A DNA stretch of 64,000 nt, from positions 64,001 to 128,000 of IMG/VR virus record IMGVR_UViG_3300029288_001872, one strand, 5' to 3'. Both the position numbers and the translations under genes were made by a program. The DNA comes from a virus. Taxonomy: Duplodnaviria; Caudoviricetes. The notes beneath the pieces were generated by a model that did not search any database, was not told the DNA's origin, and saw nothing but the letters and a program-made list of their open reading frames with translations. Of the stretch, positions 52,493-63,561 are shown one piece after another. How positions within the stretch are numbered: the first letter of the stretch is position 1; every line of letters begins with the position of its first letter.

Positions 52493-52945
52493 ATGAAATC
52501 CAAAGAACTAATAAGACAATTACAAGAGATTGACCCTTCTGGTGAAATGCAAGTTGTTTCTGGTGAATGTGATATTTTCATTCTTGAAACTAACCCTGCT
52601 TATTATGATGGAAAATTAGTAACATTAATTAGAGATAAATCAAAACTTCCTTTTTATGACATAATTGGAATAAAAGTAAAAACAGAAGGAAAGAAAATAA
52701 ATTTAAAATTCATGAGCGCAGAAGATGTCATAATAGAAGATTGGACAGCCAAGGTTGATTTATCTGAATGTCATAGCCATTTTGATTTAGCTATAATGAG
52801 AGAAGAAGGATATAAAATTGCTTTGGAATATGATAAATACCCATGTAAGACTTGTATTCATAAACCTGTTAATTTTTATAAAGAATTATATGAAAAATGT
52901 TTTGATTGTAACCCTCAGAGTGAATTTAAATGGTATGAAAAATAA
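52493..52945 (+). CDS. Hypothetical phage protein
   Basis: MKSKELIRQLQEIDPSGEMQV...PAYYDG motif family. Confidence 0.7.
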   Translation: MKSKELIRQLQEIDPSGEMQVVSGECDIFILETNPAYYDGKLVTLIRDKSKLPFYDIIGIKVKTEGKKINLKFMSAEDVIIEDWTAKVDLSECHSHFDLAIMREEGYKIALEYDKYPCKTCIHKPVNFYKELYEKCFDCNPQSEFKWYEK

Positions 52946-53023
52946 TTTTTAAATTATATCAACTTTTCGTTGACAAGAATAGTAATCTATGATAAACTAT
53001 AGATGTGGATAGGAGAAATTTAA

Positions 53024-53203
53024 ATGGATAAACTTTATGATATGGACCAAACATCAGAATTGTTGAAAGTGTCTAAGTCTACTTTGGCAAGATGGAAGAA
53101 AGAAAGAATGATACCATACATCAAGATAGGTAGAAAGACTTTGTTTGATTATGAAGATTTAATTGAATTGATTGAAAAGAATAAAATTGGTATGGAAGAA
53201 TAA
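53024..53203 (+). CDS. Excisionase-like HTH protein (59 aa)
   Basis: Below the track cutoff. MDKLYDMDQTSELLKVSKSTLARWKKERMIPYIKIGRKTLFDYEDL; promoter TTGACA at 52971; AGGAG RBS. Confidence 0.85.
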   Translation: MDKLYDMDQTSELLKVSKSTLARWKKERMIPYIKIGRKTLFDYEDLIELIEKNKIGMEE

Positions 53204-53754
53204 TGGAAAACCAAGAATTAATGAAATGGCTAACTGGTAAAGAAATATTAAAATTAGTAGAAGAAGACCCATTTGATATGTCAAGTCATTTAGATAAAAT
53301 TTCAATTGACGAAGATTTATCTGATTTTAAAAAAGCAGCATTAGAAGAATGGGAAGGATTGATGGGTACTTTTAGAAAATATGGTGATCTTAAAGCACCA
53401 TATATGTCCAAAAAGAAATTTATAGAAATGATGCTTCTTTACCATTTGAAGCCACAAAATTTTAATGGTTGAAAAAACCACAGAGTGATGTTTCTGGCCT
53501 CTGAAACATTGATGAATAGTGAGTTTTAGAAGGCTAATTTTGAAAAGACATATAAAACCATTAGTTTTTATAGTTTGAAGTTGAATAAAAACAAATTTTA
53601 TAATATTATCAAATAGTTATTGAATTTATGTAACGCTTTAGAAAATAAAAATATTCAACCTGAAATTTAATGACACTTTCTTGGCGCAAAACAGGTACTT
53701 AGGTCATATATTGTTGGAATAAAAAAACTAAATATAAAATGAGGAAATTATTTT

Positions 53755-54741
53755 ATGGTTAAATGTCCAGAAAGCATTGAGGAATTACAAGAATTAGAAA
53801 GATTATTACCTCTTTGTAAAAAAACTTTATATGAAACTGCTCAAGCAAAACTAGAGAGTGGTGCTGCTTCTAGCATTAGAGATGCTGCACGACAAATAGG
53901 TGAAGAGACAGGACGCTCACCGGGAGTTATACGAGTTGCAATTCAAAGAGAGGAACGCGAGCGCATGGCAACAATGTTGCCACCTTGTGAAACAGAGTTA
54001 CAAGGTGATGAAAAACACCCACCTCAACCCATAACAGTTTCTCAACTTTGTAAAGAAACACTAAAAGATGGCGAAACAGAAGGTGATGAAAAAATCTGTC
54101 TGTGGTGTAAAGATTACGATTATGAAAAAGAAGTGTGTTGGCGCTTTAAATGTGATATGTGGGCACAAAGTCTTGGTTGTGATAATTGGAAACACATTGA
54201 AGATGACGAAGAAGAAGACCAAGAGGATGCCAAAGAATCTAAACCATCTATTTGTTCATTAATGACTGGCGATCAAGAATCTTACACACCAGAAAAATAT
54301 ATTGAAGCAGCAAGATTAACAATGGGGAGTATAGATTTAGACCCAGCATCCAACGAATTCGCCCAAAAAACAGTTAAAGCCACCACCTACTACACCAAAG
54401 AAGAAAATGGGTTAGATAAAAACTGGGATGGAAATATTTTTCTTAATCCACCTTATAGTCATCCAGATATAAAACACTTCGTAGATAAATTACTTTCTGA
54501 ATTAAAACCAAATCAACAAGCAGTCTTATTAACAAACAATAATACTGATACAAACTTTTTTCATAATGCAGCAAGAAAAGCATCAGTAGTTTGTTTTACA
54601 AAAGGAAGAATAAATTTTAACAAATTAGACGGAAGCACATCAAGTCCTACTAATGGACAAGTATTCTTTTATTTTGGTGAAAATACAGATGAGTTTATTA
54701 AAAACTTTTCTGAATTTGGTTTAATGATGGTTGTTATATGA
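53755..54741 (+). CDS. DNA N6-adenine methyltransferase (phage Dam-like) with an N-terminal HTH
   Basis: YTP, IDLDPAS, IFLNPPYS, GRINF. Confidence 0.88.
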   Translation: MVKCPESIEELQELERLLPLCKKTLYETAQAKLESGAASSIRDAARQIGEETGRSPGVIRVAIQREERERMATMLPPCETELQGDEKHPPQPITVSQLCKETLKDGETEGDEKICLWCKDYDYEKEVCWRFKCDMWAQSLGCDNWKHIEDDEEEDQEDAKESKPSICSLMTGDQESYTPEKYIEAARLTMGSIDLDPASNEFAQKTVKATTYYTKEENGLDKNWDGNIFLNPPYSHPDIKHFVDKLLSELKPNQQAVLLTNNNTDTNFFHNAARKASVVCFTKGRINFNKLDGSTSSPTNGQVFFYFGENTDEFIKNFSEFGLMMVVI

Positions 54742-55178
54742 CAATTAGATTTAGGAATAAATTCGAAAACTCAAAACCAGCAGGATTCGATGGCGAGTTT
54801 GATTGGGATTTTTTGTTACCTGCTTTTAAAGGTACAAAAATAGAGCCTATGGATTTTGATTGTGTAGTTGAAAGAAGAGGACATTTCCTTATTTTTGAAA
54901 CTAAAAGCAAAAACAAAGAAGTCCCTTTGGGTCAACAAATAACTCTTAAAAACTTAGTTATATTAGGTGAAGGAAAAGTTCATGTTATAATTTTGTGGGG
55001 GAAAACACCAAATGAAGTATCATCAATGGAAGAATGGTATTATGAAGATGGAAGACAAAAAATTTTCCATAGAAATAATTGTTCTTCTGATTTTATTTTA
55101 AAATTAACTACAAAATGGTTTAGTTATATAAACCAAGAAAAGAAATTCTCACAACTATCTCTAAAAATTAAAAAATAA
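54738..55178 (+). CDS. PD-(D/E)xK-like nuclease-fold protein
   Basis: PMDFDCVVERRGHFLIFETK...GQQITL. Confidence 0.55.
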   Translation: MTIRFRNKFENSKPAGFDGEFDWDFLLPAFKGTKIEPMDFDCVVERRGHFLIFETKSKNKEVPLGQQITLKNLVILGEGKVHVIILWGKTPNEVSSMEEWYYEDGRQKIFHRNNCSSDFILKLTTKWFSYINQEKKFSQLSLKIKK

Positions 55179-55186
55179 CCAAACCT

Positions 55187-55729
55187 ATGCCATTACCACC
55201 GCTTGAACAAACTGATCAACAATACACAAATGCTTTCAACAGATATAAAACCAACACAGAAAGAAATAACCAAGCATTGAAAAATTACATTCTTAAACAA
55301 ATATTCAACAACCATGATATAGGCATCATAGTTAAGAAAGATGACAATTTTCGTGATATAAACAAACTGTACATTGAAACATTTACCAAAATTAATTCAG
55401 AAGAAGAATACACACCATCTGAATTATATACCAACAAAAACGCTTGGTTATATTGTATAGGCGACCAGCAAACAATTTGGATATTTGGGTGTAAACAACT
55501 AAAAGAATTGCTTAGACCAAGTAGTATGAAATGTAAGTTTAAAAATACTATATTTGGTTTTGACTTTGGTGAATATGAAGATTGTTTTGATAATTGTGAT
55601 GACTGGTTAGAATGTAGAAGAACTAAAGATAGGAAATACGAATTAAAAACTTCTGTGGTGTCAAAAGGATATATGATGCCTGTTGAAGATGCAGACAAGT
55701 TTTGTTTGAAGAAGGTGGAAGTTGAATAA
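55187..55729 (+). CDS. Hypothetical protein (degenerate nuclease-like fold with a Cys-rich insert)
   Basis: IVKKDD...LYIET...AWLYCIGD; insert CKF..FGFDF...CFDNCDDWLEC. Confidence 0.5.
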   Translation: MPLPPLEQTDQQYTNAFNRYKTNTERNNQALKNYILKQIFNNHDIGIIVKKDDNFRDINKLYIETFTKINSEEEYTPSELYTNKNAWLYCIGDQQTIWIFGCKQLKELLRPSSMKCKFKNTIFGFDFGEYEDCFDNCDDWLECRRTKDRKYELKTSVVSKGYMMPVEDADKFCLKKVEVE

Positions 55730-55803
55730 TTTGTTTTAGGTCAACTTTTTCATGACAAGACTATTAGATTATGATAAACTAATATATATGGAGAAATTAA
55801 ATT

Positions 55804-56061
55804 ATGCAGGACAATTTTGATTTATCTTCTTTGTTAAAAACAAATGAAAATTCTAATGATGAAAGTTTCAAAGAATTTTTCAGTAGTCGCAACATATCAC
55901 AAAATAAATTAGCAGAAACCATTGGTATTTCTGTTTTCATTATGCATTGTTGGTTAAATAATAAAATTAAAATACCTGAAAAGCGAATTAAACAATTAGA
56001 AGAATTAAAAAACATGATTATTGATTGGGAGAAAGAAAATGGAAAGAAATTCAATTCGTAG
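55804..56061 (+). CDS. HTH (XRE-like) protein
   Basis: ISQNKLAETIGIS....WLN..IKIP. Confidence 0.7.
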   Translation: MQDNFDLSSLLKTNENSNDESFKEFFSSRNISQNKLAETIGISVFIMHCWLNNKIKIPEKRIKQLEELKNMIIDWEKENGKKFNS

Positions 56062-57059
56062 AAAAGAAGATAATAAAAAATTAGGAGAAATAAAAAATGG
56101 ATAAAAGAGAAAACAATTTAATAAACTTATATTACAGTCTTTGTGAAGCAACTTATAACATAGAAGAATTTATTAATAATAATGAAGAAAAATCCAAAGT
56201 TTTTATAAATTTTGAAAGGATAAAAAATCTATGCAAAATCTATAGCAAAATTAAAAAGATACAAGGAGAGTTATTAAATACATATCCAATTAATTTTGAT
56301 GAAAGTAAATTAATTGGAGAAGAAAAACCAGAATGGGATAAAAAGTCGGGCCTTACTGAAGAAGAATGGGAAGAATCTGATTTTGGCAAAGGTTGTGAAT
56401 TTGGTCTTTGTTATAATTGTGAGTCCTTAGCAAATTGTCTTGTTGAACTTAATGAAGATTATAAAGTATCAGAAGATGGAACAGAATATGTTAAACCAAA
56501 AAAAGGTATAATTGTCAAAAGGAAATTTTAAATGAGTTATAATTATAAAGAAGAATTAAAAAAATGGAAGAATCAAAAACCATCAGAACGATTTTGGGAT
56601 TTATCATGTGGTGGTGCTAAAGGAGAATTTTGTGATGGACCTTGTGGTGGCGTAGAAGTATATCGTGGTGATTTTAAAGGATTGTTAAAGAAAATTAAAA
56701 AATTACAAGAAGATGACAAATCTTAAATTCCTACCAATCAAATATCTTCCAGAGATATCCAAACAAGATTGGAAAATTATTAAAGCCAATTCTAAATATC
56801 CAAAATTGGTGTCTGCAATATATCTCGCTTTTATAAGTTATCCAATTATAAAATGGACACCAGAAATAATAATTGAATATATCTTTGATAATGAACATTT
56901 ACAACAACACAAAGATTTAGAAATATATAGATATAAATTAGATTATGAAGATGAAGAAGAATGTTGGCCTATTTATAGAAGATATCTTATTTTTAGAGCT
57001 ATGTTAGATTTCACCCAAATTGCTAAAAATCCAAACTTTGAATTTAGTGGAGTCAAGAA

Positions 57060-58796
57060 ATGGTTAACGAAAGAGAAGAAATTTGCCGACAAACTAGTGA
57101 AGAATATACCGAGTTGGTGGCCGATAAACCGAAACTCAAAAGCCAACACATCCCAGGACACATCCTACAACTAACACTGGCCAATGGTGTCACACCTCTA
57201 GACAAAGAAATTCTTGCAGTCATAAATAGAATGGTAAGATATGCGCCATCAGACCAATTCATAGCTAATGAATTAGGTCATTCAAAAGAAACTATCAAAA
57301 AAGCAAGACAATTGATGGAAAAGAAAGGTTTGTGTATTTCAAACAAAGAAAAAAAGAAAAAGAAAAGATTCAAAGTAGATTTGCCAGACCCGCCTAAAAA
57401 AACGATGGAAGAAGGTTTAGTCATTGATTCTGTAATAATGAATATTTTTGGAAATTCATTACTGCGACAAGTAGTTGCTGTTGATTGTGGATTTCCAAAA
57501 CATGCAGATGGATGGAAGGCATGGAAAATTGGTATTTCAAAAAGGCACTTTTTAAGACAAAAAGACATACTAAAATTTATGGGTGTATTGAAGTCTATAA
57601 AGAAAATTATGGGTGGTTTAGGGGAAGTTCTGTCATACCAAGAAAGGGAAGTTCTGTCATCATTCCAGGGGAAGTTCTGTCCTTCTTTTGGTAAAGAAGT
57701 ATTTAGTAAAGATATTCTAGGTAATTCATCTTCTTTATCTAAAGATAAAGAAGATAAGAAGTTGGACAAGCCAACTTCTATAAATGGTGAATTTTCAAAG
57801 AATGAATTTTCAAATGAAACCTCTTGCTCATCAAAAGATAATAAAATGTTTTTAAAAAAACAAACACCTCTTGCCACTATCAATAATGAAACCTCTTTGG
57901 AAAATTTAATTATTCCGAATTCTGAAACTAAGAAGGACAAACTTATGGAAGATGCCGCTTTTGAAACCAAACCTAGATTATACGAATTGTTAGACAAGGT
58001 ATCAACCAAACCAAAACCTAAAAAGAAAAAGGCTCATCGCAAATGTCAAGAATTGGAAGAAATGCTGATTTGCTTTCCGAAACTTCCGAAAGTTAAAATT
58101 ACCGAAAATTCATATTTGAAATGCGCCAAAGTAATAAAGGATTTGGAAAATGGTTTGTATGAAACTTATGGTATGGAAATGGTGAATTTAATTGCTGCTA
58201 ATTTAGAAGAAACAGGAATAACCAAAAGCCAGGTCTTGAAAGTATTCAGAAATAAATATTCCAAAGAAGAAAGGTTTGAATTTTATTTAAGACTTGAAAA
58301 ACTAAAAGACCCAACTTATCTTCCTAATTTAAAACAGAATGGTTTGAATATAGGAAATGCTCTATATAATCCTCACGCTATGGGCATCAAGTCTTGGTTA
58401 GTTTATGTTATGATTAAACCACCTGTCAAGAAACTTGAATGGACTGATGATGAATTACAACAAAGAAATAATGCTTTGAAACAATTAAAAGAAGCATGGG
58501 AAAATATGAATGACAACAGAATTGATAATGCTTTGAAATGGCTGCATATCCATTACAAGAAAGACTTGGTTGATAAAGGTGATAAAGATGGTAATTTAGG
58601 CGAATTATGTAGTGGTGGTTTTGATAAATTCATAAGCAGATATATTGCGTGGATGATGGTTTACTATGGCGAAATGGTTGATAAAGATGATGCTATAGTT
58701 AATGTTGGATGGTTAGATAAGAAGTCTAAACCATTTAGAAAATTTATGGAAACATATAAAGATTATATGGACCATTTAATGGAATGTGTAAATTAA
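57060..58796 (+). CDS. Putative replication initiator / origin-binding protein (N-terminal wHTH)
   Basis: SDQFIANELGHSKETIKKARQLMEKKGL HTH; internal iteron-like repeats; lies upstream of the helicases. Confidence 0.55.
   Translation: MVNEREEICRQTSEEYTELVADKPKLKSQHIPGHILQLTLANGVTPLDKEILAVINRMVRYAPSDQFIANELGHSKETIKKARQLMEKKGLCISNKEKKKKKRFKVDLPDPPKKTMEEGLVIDSVIMNIFGNSLLRQVVAVDCGFPKHADGWKAWKIGISKRHFLRQKDILKFMGVLKSIKKIMGGLGEVLSYQEREVLSSFQGKFCPSFGKEVFSKDILGNSSSLSKDKEDKKLDKPTSINGEFSKNEFSNETSCSSKDNKMFLKKQTPLATINNETSLENLIIPNSETKKDKLMEDAAFETKPRLYELLDKVSTKPKPKKKKAHRKCQELEEMLICFPKLPKVKITENSYLKCAKVIKDLENGLYETYGMEMVNLIAANLEETGITKSQVLKVFRNKYSKEERFEFYLRLEKLKDPTYLPNLKQNGLNIGNALYNPHAMGIKSWLVYVMIKPPVKKLEWTDDELQQRNNALKQLKEAWENMNDNRIDNALKWLHIHYKKDLVDKGDKDGNLGELCSGGFDKFISRYIAWMMVYYGEMVDKDDAIVNVGWLDKKSKPFRKFMETYKDYMDHLMECVN
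57622..57681 (+). repeat. Three iteron-like direct repeats GGGAAGTTCTGTC
   Basis: Copies at 57622, 57646 and 57669 (24 and 23 nt spacing). Confidence 0.8.
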
Positions 58797-59015
58797 AGGA
58801 TATAGGATGGATAAATTATGAAACATTATAAAATTGGCTCAAGATTCTTAATTAATGGTGAAAGATATATTCTTACACAGGTAAATCAGTTTGAAGTATA
58901 TCTTGTTAATGTTACAACTGGCGCACAATTTGATAATAAAATTTCTTTTGAGTCTATATCAGAAAAAGACTTTAAAGACATCTGCAAGAAAGATTATAAA
59001 TTGGTTGGGTAATTA

Positions 59016-60401
59016 ATGTTATCATTAATAGTAGATTCAAGACTAAGACTTCCTCTTGGACAACTTTCGCCAGAATTATTGGAAAAGATAAAGAAAGAGT
59101 TTACGTTCAGAAATCCTCAATATTTTCAGGCAAAAAACTCAGGAAGGTCAACGTGGAAAGTCTCAGAGTATATTCGCGGGTATAAACTATCAAAAAGAGA
59201 ATTATACATACCAAGAGGTGCAACATCTAATGTTATTTCATTATTAGAAGATGATGGAATAGAATATCAAGTAATCAACAATACTAGAATGTTGCCAAAA
59301 GTCGATTTTGAATTTCATGGTGAATTGAGAGAGACACAAATAGAACCTGTTAAAGCTATTCTAAGTCGTAAGTTCACAACTTTATCTTCGCCTGTAGCGA
59401 GTGGCAAGACTTGTATGGCATTATATACTGTAGCAATTAGACAGCAGCCTGTGTGCGTTATGGTACATACCCGTGCGCTCGCAGATCAATGGTGTGAAAG
59501 AGCAGAGCAATTTCTTGGACTTGACAAAAAAGATATTGGAAGAATTGGCGATGGTAAGAAAAACATAACAAATTTTACCGTAGCTATGATGCAAACTTTA
59601 GCTAAATGTAGCAAAGAAGTTGCACCATATTTTGGATATTTCATAGCTGATGAAGTTCACAGATGCCCGTGTTCTACTGCGATTAAAGCCACATCTGGAT
59701 TTGATTCAGCTTTTGCTACTGGTTTAAGTGCGACTCACAATCGCAGAGATGGAATGACTCCGCTCATCTACTGGACCGTGGGGCCTCTAACTGGGGAGGT
59801 TGGTTTGGGTTCTTTGGTCAGAGAAGGTAGTGTTATGATGGTAGAGCCTATAATTAGAGAGACTAATTTTAGAAGCAGCCTTTTGGAACCATCGTGGGTT
59901 GACTTAGTTACAGAACTTTCTCAAGATCAAGAGCGAAATGAATTAATAATTAATGATGTATATAAAGAATCAAGAAAAAGCATTTGTGTAATTTTATCAG
60001 ATAGAAAAGCACATTGTGAATTATTAACTTCTATGCTTGTCAAGATGAATGTCAGAGTTGAAATGGTAACTGGCGATGTAGGTGGAATTGAAAGAGAAGA
60101 AATATTGAACAGATTGAAGAATGGTGAAGTTGAAGTTCTTGTGGCAACAGGTCAATTATTAGGAGAAGGATTTGATGAAAAGTCTTTGAATTCTTTATTT
60201 CTTGTTACTCCTGTTAAACATTATTCAAGACTAGTACAATATTTAGGTAGAGTTTCAAGGGTGACTGAAGAAAAAATTAAAAATGGAATTAAGAGTAAAA
60301 TTTTTGATTATACAGATATTCATTGTGACTTTTTGATGAGAGCCGTGGAAGAGCGTCAACGTACTTACAGAAAACTAAAAAAAGAAAGTTTGAAGAATTA
60401 A
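59016..60401 (+). CDS. SF2 DEAD/DEAH-box helicase
   Basis: SPVASGKT, ADEVH, GLSAT..RRDG, GEGFD, QYLGRVSR. Confidence 0.92.
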   Translation: MLSLIVDSRLRLPLGQLSPELLEKIKKEFTFRNPQYFQAKNSGRSTWKVSEYIRGYKLSKRELYIPRGATSNVISLLEDDGIEYQVINNTRMLPKVDFEFHGELRETQIEPVKAILSRKFTTLSSPVASGKTCMALYTVAIRQQPVCVMVHTRALADQWCERAEQFLGLDKKDIGRIGDGKKNITNFTVAMMQTLAKCSKEVAPYFGYFIADEVHRCPCSTAIKATSGFDSAFATGLSATHNRRDGMTPLIYWTVGPLTGEVGLGSLVREGSVMMVEPIIRETNFRSSLLEPSWVDLVTELSQDQERNELIINDVYKESRKSICVILSDRKAHCELLTSMLVKMNVRVEMVTGDVGGIEREEILNRLKNGEVEVLVATGQLLGEGFDEKSLNSLFLVTPVKHYSRLVQYLGRVSRVTEEKIKNGIKSKIFDYTDIHCDFLMRAVEERQRTYRKLKKESLKN

Positions 60402-60405
60402 ATAT

Positions 60406-61941
60406 ATGGCAGATGAACCTCAATTTACAAGAAAGCGCCTCGATTTTTCGATAGAGGGGAGGATATTAACTTCTCTCATTATGTCTGATAAGTTTATTCA
60501 GAACATCGCTCCAATGCTAAAGATTGAATATTTTACAAACACTTTCTCTCGCGCTATTGCCGTTTGGTGTCTTGATTACTATAAGATTTATGGAAAATCT
60601 ATCAAAAAAGATATTCAAAATGTTTATGAATCAAATAGACGTTCTGGTCAGATAAGAGAAGACGCAGATTTGATAGCTTCTTTTTTGCAAGGGCTTTCCA
60701 CTAAATTTGAAGAAGAATTGGAAGAAAGCGAAGCATATAATTTAGAATATCACTTAGATCAGGCAGAAGCATATTTCAAAGAAAGAGCATTAACTTTACT
60801 TTCTGATAATTTACAACAAGCACTTACTAATGGAAGAATCTTAGAAGCACATGAAGCAGTAGCTACATTCAGAGTACCAGACAGGGTTATGGAAATTGGT
60901 TCTGAACCATTTGACAATCCAGATTTGGTTAAGAAAGCATTGGAGAAGAAAGAAGGTTTTTTTAGAATACCAGGACACTTGGGCGAAATGATGGGTAGTT
61001 TTAAGCGAGGAAGTTTAGCAGCTTTAGCAGCGCCGATGGCTGGAGGCAAAACCACCGCTATGATAGACTTCGCCTTGCAAGCCTATTACAGCAGATTAAA
61101 TGTAGCTTTCTTCTCACTTGAAATGGCAGAAGATGAAGTAACAGAAAGAATGGCAAGAGCCATTACTGCATCACCTAGAAAATCAGGCAAATATTTATTT
61201 CCAGTTTGGGACTGTTTAAATAACCAATTAGGAACTTGCAAAAAGAGAGGTTTTGAAAATCCTACTATAGCAAGAAGTATTCAAAAAGGTAGAAGCACTA
61301 TAATTGAAAGAGACGAATTTCCAGTGCATAATTATCGACCATGTATTCAATGTGATAAATTTAAAATTACTGCATGGTGGGAAGAAATTGAAAAGAAAGG
61401 CATATCAACTAAAGAAGCCATACAGAAATTCCAAGGTTTGAAAGAAACATTTTCTTCTAGATTCAAATTGGTATCATGGCCAATGTATTCAGCAGGATTA
61501 CAAGAAATTATTTCTTGTTTAAGAATATGGGAAAACATGGAAGGGTTCATACCAGATTTAATAGTGGTAGATTACGCTGATTTGTTGAAACCAGAATCTA
61601 ACCAGAAAGAAGAAAGACACAATCTAGATAGAATTTGGAAAGGGTTGAAAGCCTTGTCTCAGTCTACTAAAACTTTGGTTTTGACAGGGACGCAGACTAG
61701 AAGAAGCACTTTGGAAAAAGGTGAGGTTGGACAAGCTGACATGGCAGAGGACATAAGGAAATTGGCTCATGTGGATGCCATGTGGGGTTTGAGCCAGACG
61801 CCTGATGAGAAGAGGTGGGGTCTAGCCAGGATAGGAATGCTGAAACAGAGGCATGACGAATTTGATGTAGTTTCACAGTGTTACATATTGCAACAGTTGA
61901 AATGTGGTCAGTTTTGCTTGGATTCTAGACTCAAAAAATAA
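60406..61941 (+). CDS. dnaB: DnaB-like replicative helicase
   Basis: AAPMAGGKT, FFSLEM, IVVDYADLL, TQTRR, MAEDIRKLAHVD, LKQRH. Confidence 0.9.
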   Translation: MADEPQFTRKRLDFSIEGRILTSLIMSDKFIQNIAPMLKIEYFTNTFSRAIAVWCLDYYKIYGKSIKKDIQNVYESNRRSGQIREDADLIASFLQGLSTKFEEELEESEAYNLEYHLDQAEAYFKERALTLLSDNLQQALTNGRILEAHEAVATFRVPDRVMEIGSEPFDNPDLVKKALEKKEGFFRIPGHLGEMMGSFKRGSLAALAAPMAGGKTTAMIDFALQAYYSRLNVAFFSLEMAEDEVTERMARAITASPRKSGKYLFPVWDCLNNQLGTCKKRGFENPTIARSIQKGRSTIIERDEFPVHNYRPCIQCDKFKITAWWEEIEKKGISTKEAIQKFQGLKETFSSRFKLVSWPMYSAGLQEIISCLRIWENMEGFIPDLIVVDYADLLKPESNQKEERHNLDRIWKGLKALSQSTKTLVLTGTQTRRSTLEKGEVGQADMAEDIRKLAHVDAMWGLSQTPDEKRWGLARIGMLKQRHDEFDVVSQCYILQQLKCGQFCLDSRLKK

Positions 61942-62571
61942 TTTCAAGAAATTTGAAAATAATTCTTGACAAAGGGTTTTGAGGGTCTATAATATAGGAA
62001 AACTAAGAAGGGGGAGGAAATTTTTGGATACAACTCATGAAGAAGAATTAAAAATTCTAGGCAAAGAATTGATGGGTTGGACCCTTTTTGGAATTTCTCC
62101 TATAACTGGCGTGTTTGGCGCAAGATGGTTATTTTACCCCTTTGAAGATTATGGCACTAAATTTGAATTTTTTGATGATAAAAATTGTATTGATTTTATA
62201 AAATGGAACCCGTTTGAAAACACTATTCAAACCTTTGGAATAATAGACAAATTAATTGACAATGGGTGGAAAGTTTTTAGCCTTGAATATGACAATTTAT
62301 ATAATGATGGTAAATGGAAGGCTTTATTTTATAAACTAGGAAACGCAGTAGGTTATGGAGAAACTAGAGAAGAAGCAATTTGTTTTGCTGCTCTTGAAAC
62401 TTTGGAAACAATTGAAGAAGAATCTTATGTTTTTCAAGGTTATAGATTTTGGAAATGTTGTCACCAAAATATTGCCTTTGGTCATTTTTCTAATTGTCCG
62501 ATAGTATTGAAAAAGAAATTAGAATTGGAATTAAAAAAGAAATCTAATGTTATAGATAAAGAGGGAAATCA

Positions 62572-63561
62572 ATGAGAATCTTAAGACATCTTAAAGTCCC
62601 AACTGGTGACATTTTGGTTGCCCAAGGTGAAAAAGACCAATTAGAAATGCTTTCTTTGGGTGATTATGGCAAAGAAGTAAACCTAAAAGCTGATTTCATG
62701 GGACTTTCTAGACCTCTTGACCAAGTTTCTCATTGCAATCTTCTTCCTTTGACTGAAAAATGGGTAATTACAATATCTACTCAATACGGTTGCTCAATGA
62801 ATTGTACTTTTTGTGATGTTCCAAAAGTTGGTCCTGGCAGAAACGCCACATTTAAAGACCTCATACATCAAGTTCTAACTGGTATTAAATTGCATCCAGA
62901 AATTACCCATACAAACCGGCTTAATGTCCACTTTGCTCGTATGGGCGAACCTACTTGGAACCCAAACGTATTAGATGCAACAAAATGGATGAAAGAACAT
63001 TTGGATGCAGAATATAAAGTTCATCCTGTAGTTTCTACAATGATGCCAAAGAATAATATTTGGTTAAAAACTTTTATTCACACTTGGATGAGAATCAAAA
63101 ATCGCTTATATCTTGGCAATGCTGGTTTGCAACTCAGTATCAATTCAACTAATGAAAAAGAACGAAATGAAATGTTTTCTGGTAACGCATTGTCTCTTAA
63201 AGACATTTCAAAAATTATGGAAGGTATTATTCCGGCAGGTCGCAAAATCACTCTTAATTTTGCGATTGCTGACTATGAAATAAATCCAGAAATCCTTTTG
63301 GAATATTTTGACCCCGACTACTTTATCATCAAACTAACTCCGATGCATAAAACAGAGAAAGCACTTCAATTTAACATTAAAACTAATGGTGATTATACGA
63401 CTTATCATCCATATCAAGAAATTGAAGAAAAATTAAAAGTTGTTGGATATGACGTTCTTGTTTTTATCGCTTCTGAATATGAAGATATGGGTAGAATAAC
63501 TTGTGGTAATGCTATTTTATCTGGGACTCTTCCAGAATGTCCTTATGAGGAATTAATATGA
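62572..63561 (+). CDS. RlmN/Cfr-like radical SAM protein
   Basis: ISTQYGCSMNCTFC, RMGEP, VST, LQLSINS, C-terminal ITCGNA. Confidence 0.8.
   Translation: MRILRHLKVPTGDILVAQGEKDQLEMLSLGDYGKEVNLKADFMGLSRPLDQVSHCNLLPLTEKWVITISTQYGCSMNCTFCDVPKVGPGRNATFKDLIHQVLTGIKLHPEITHTNRLNVHFARMGEPTWNPNVLDATKWMKEHLDAEYKVHPVVSTMMPKNNIWLKTFIHTWMRIKNRLYLGNAGLQLSINSTNEKERNEMFSGNALSLKDISKIMEGIIPAGRKITLNFAIADYEINPEILLEYFDPDYFIIKLTPMHKTEKALQFNIKTNGDYTTYHPYQEIEEKLKVVGYDVLVFIASEYEDMGRITCGNAILSGTLPECPYEELI

Noticed and set aside
53024-53203. Prophage or integration module inferred from the excisionase-like HTH
   Set aside because: No integrase, att site or host genes are present in the window, and such HTH proteins are common in non-integrating phages.
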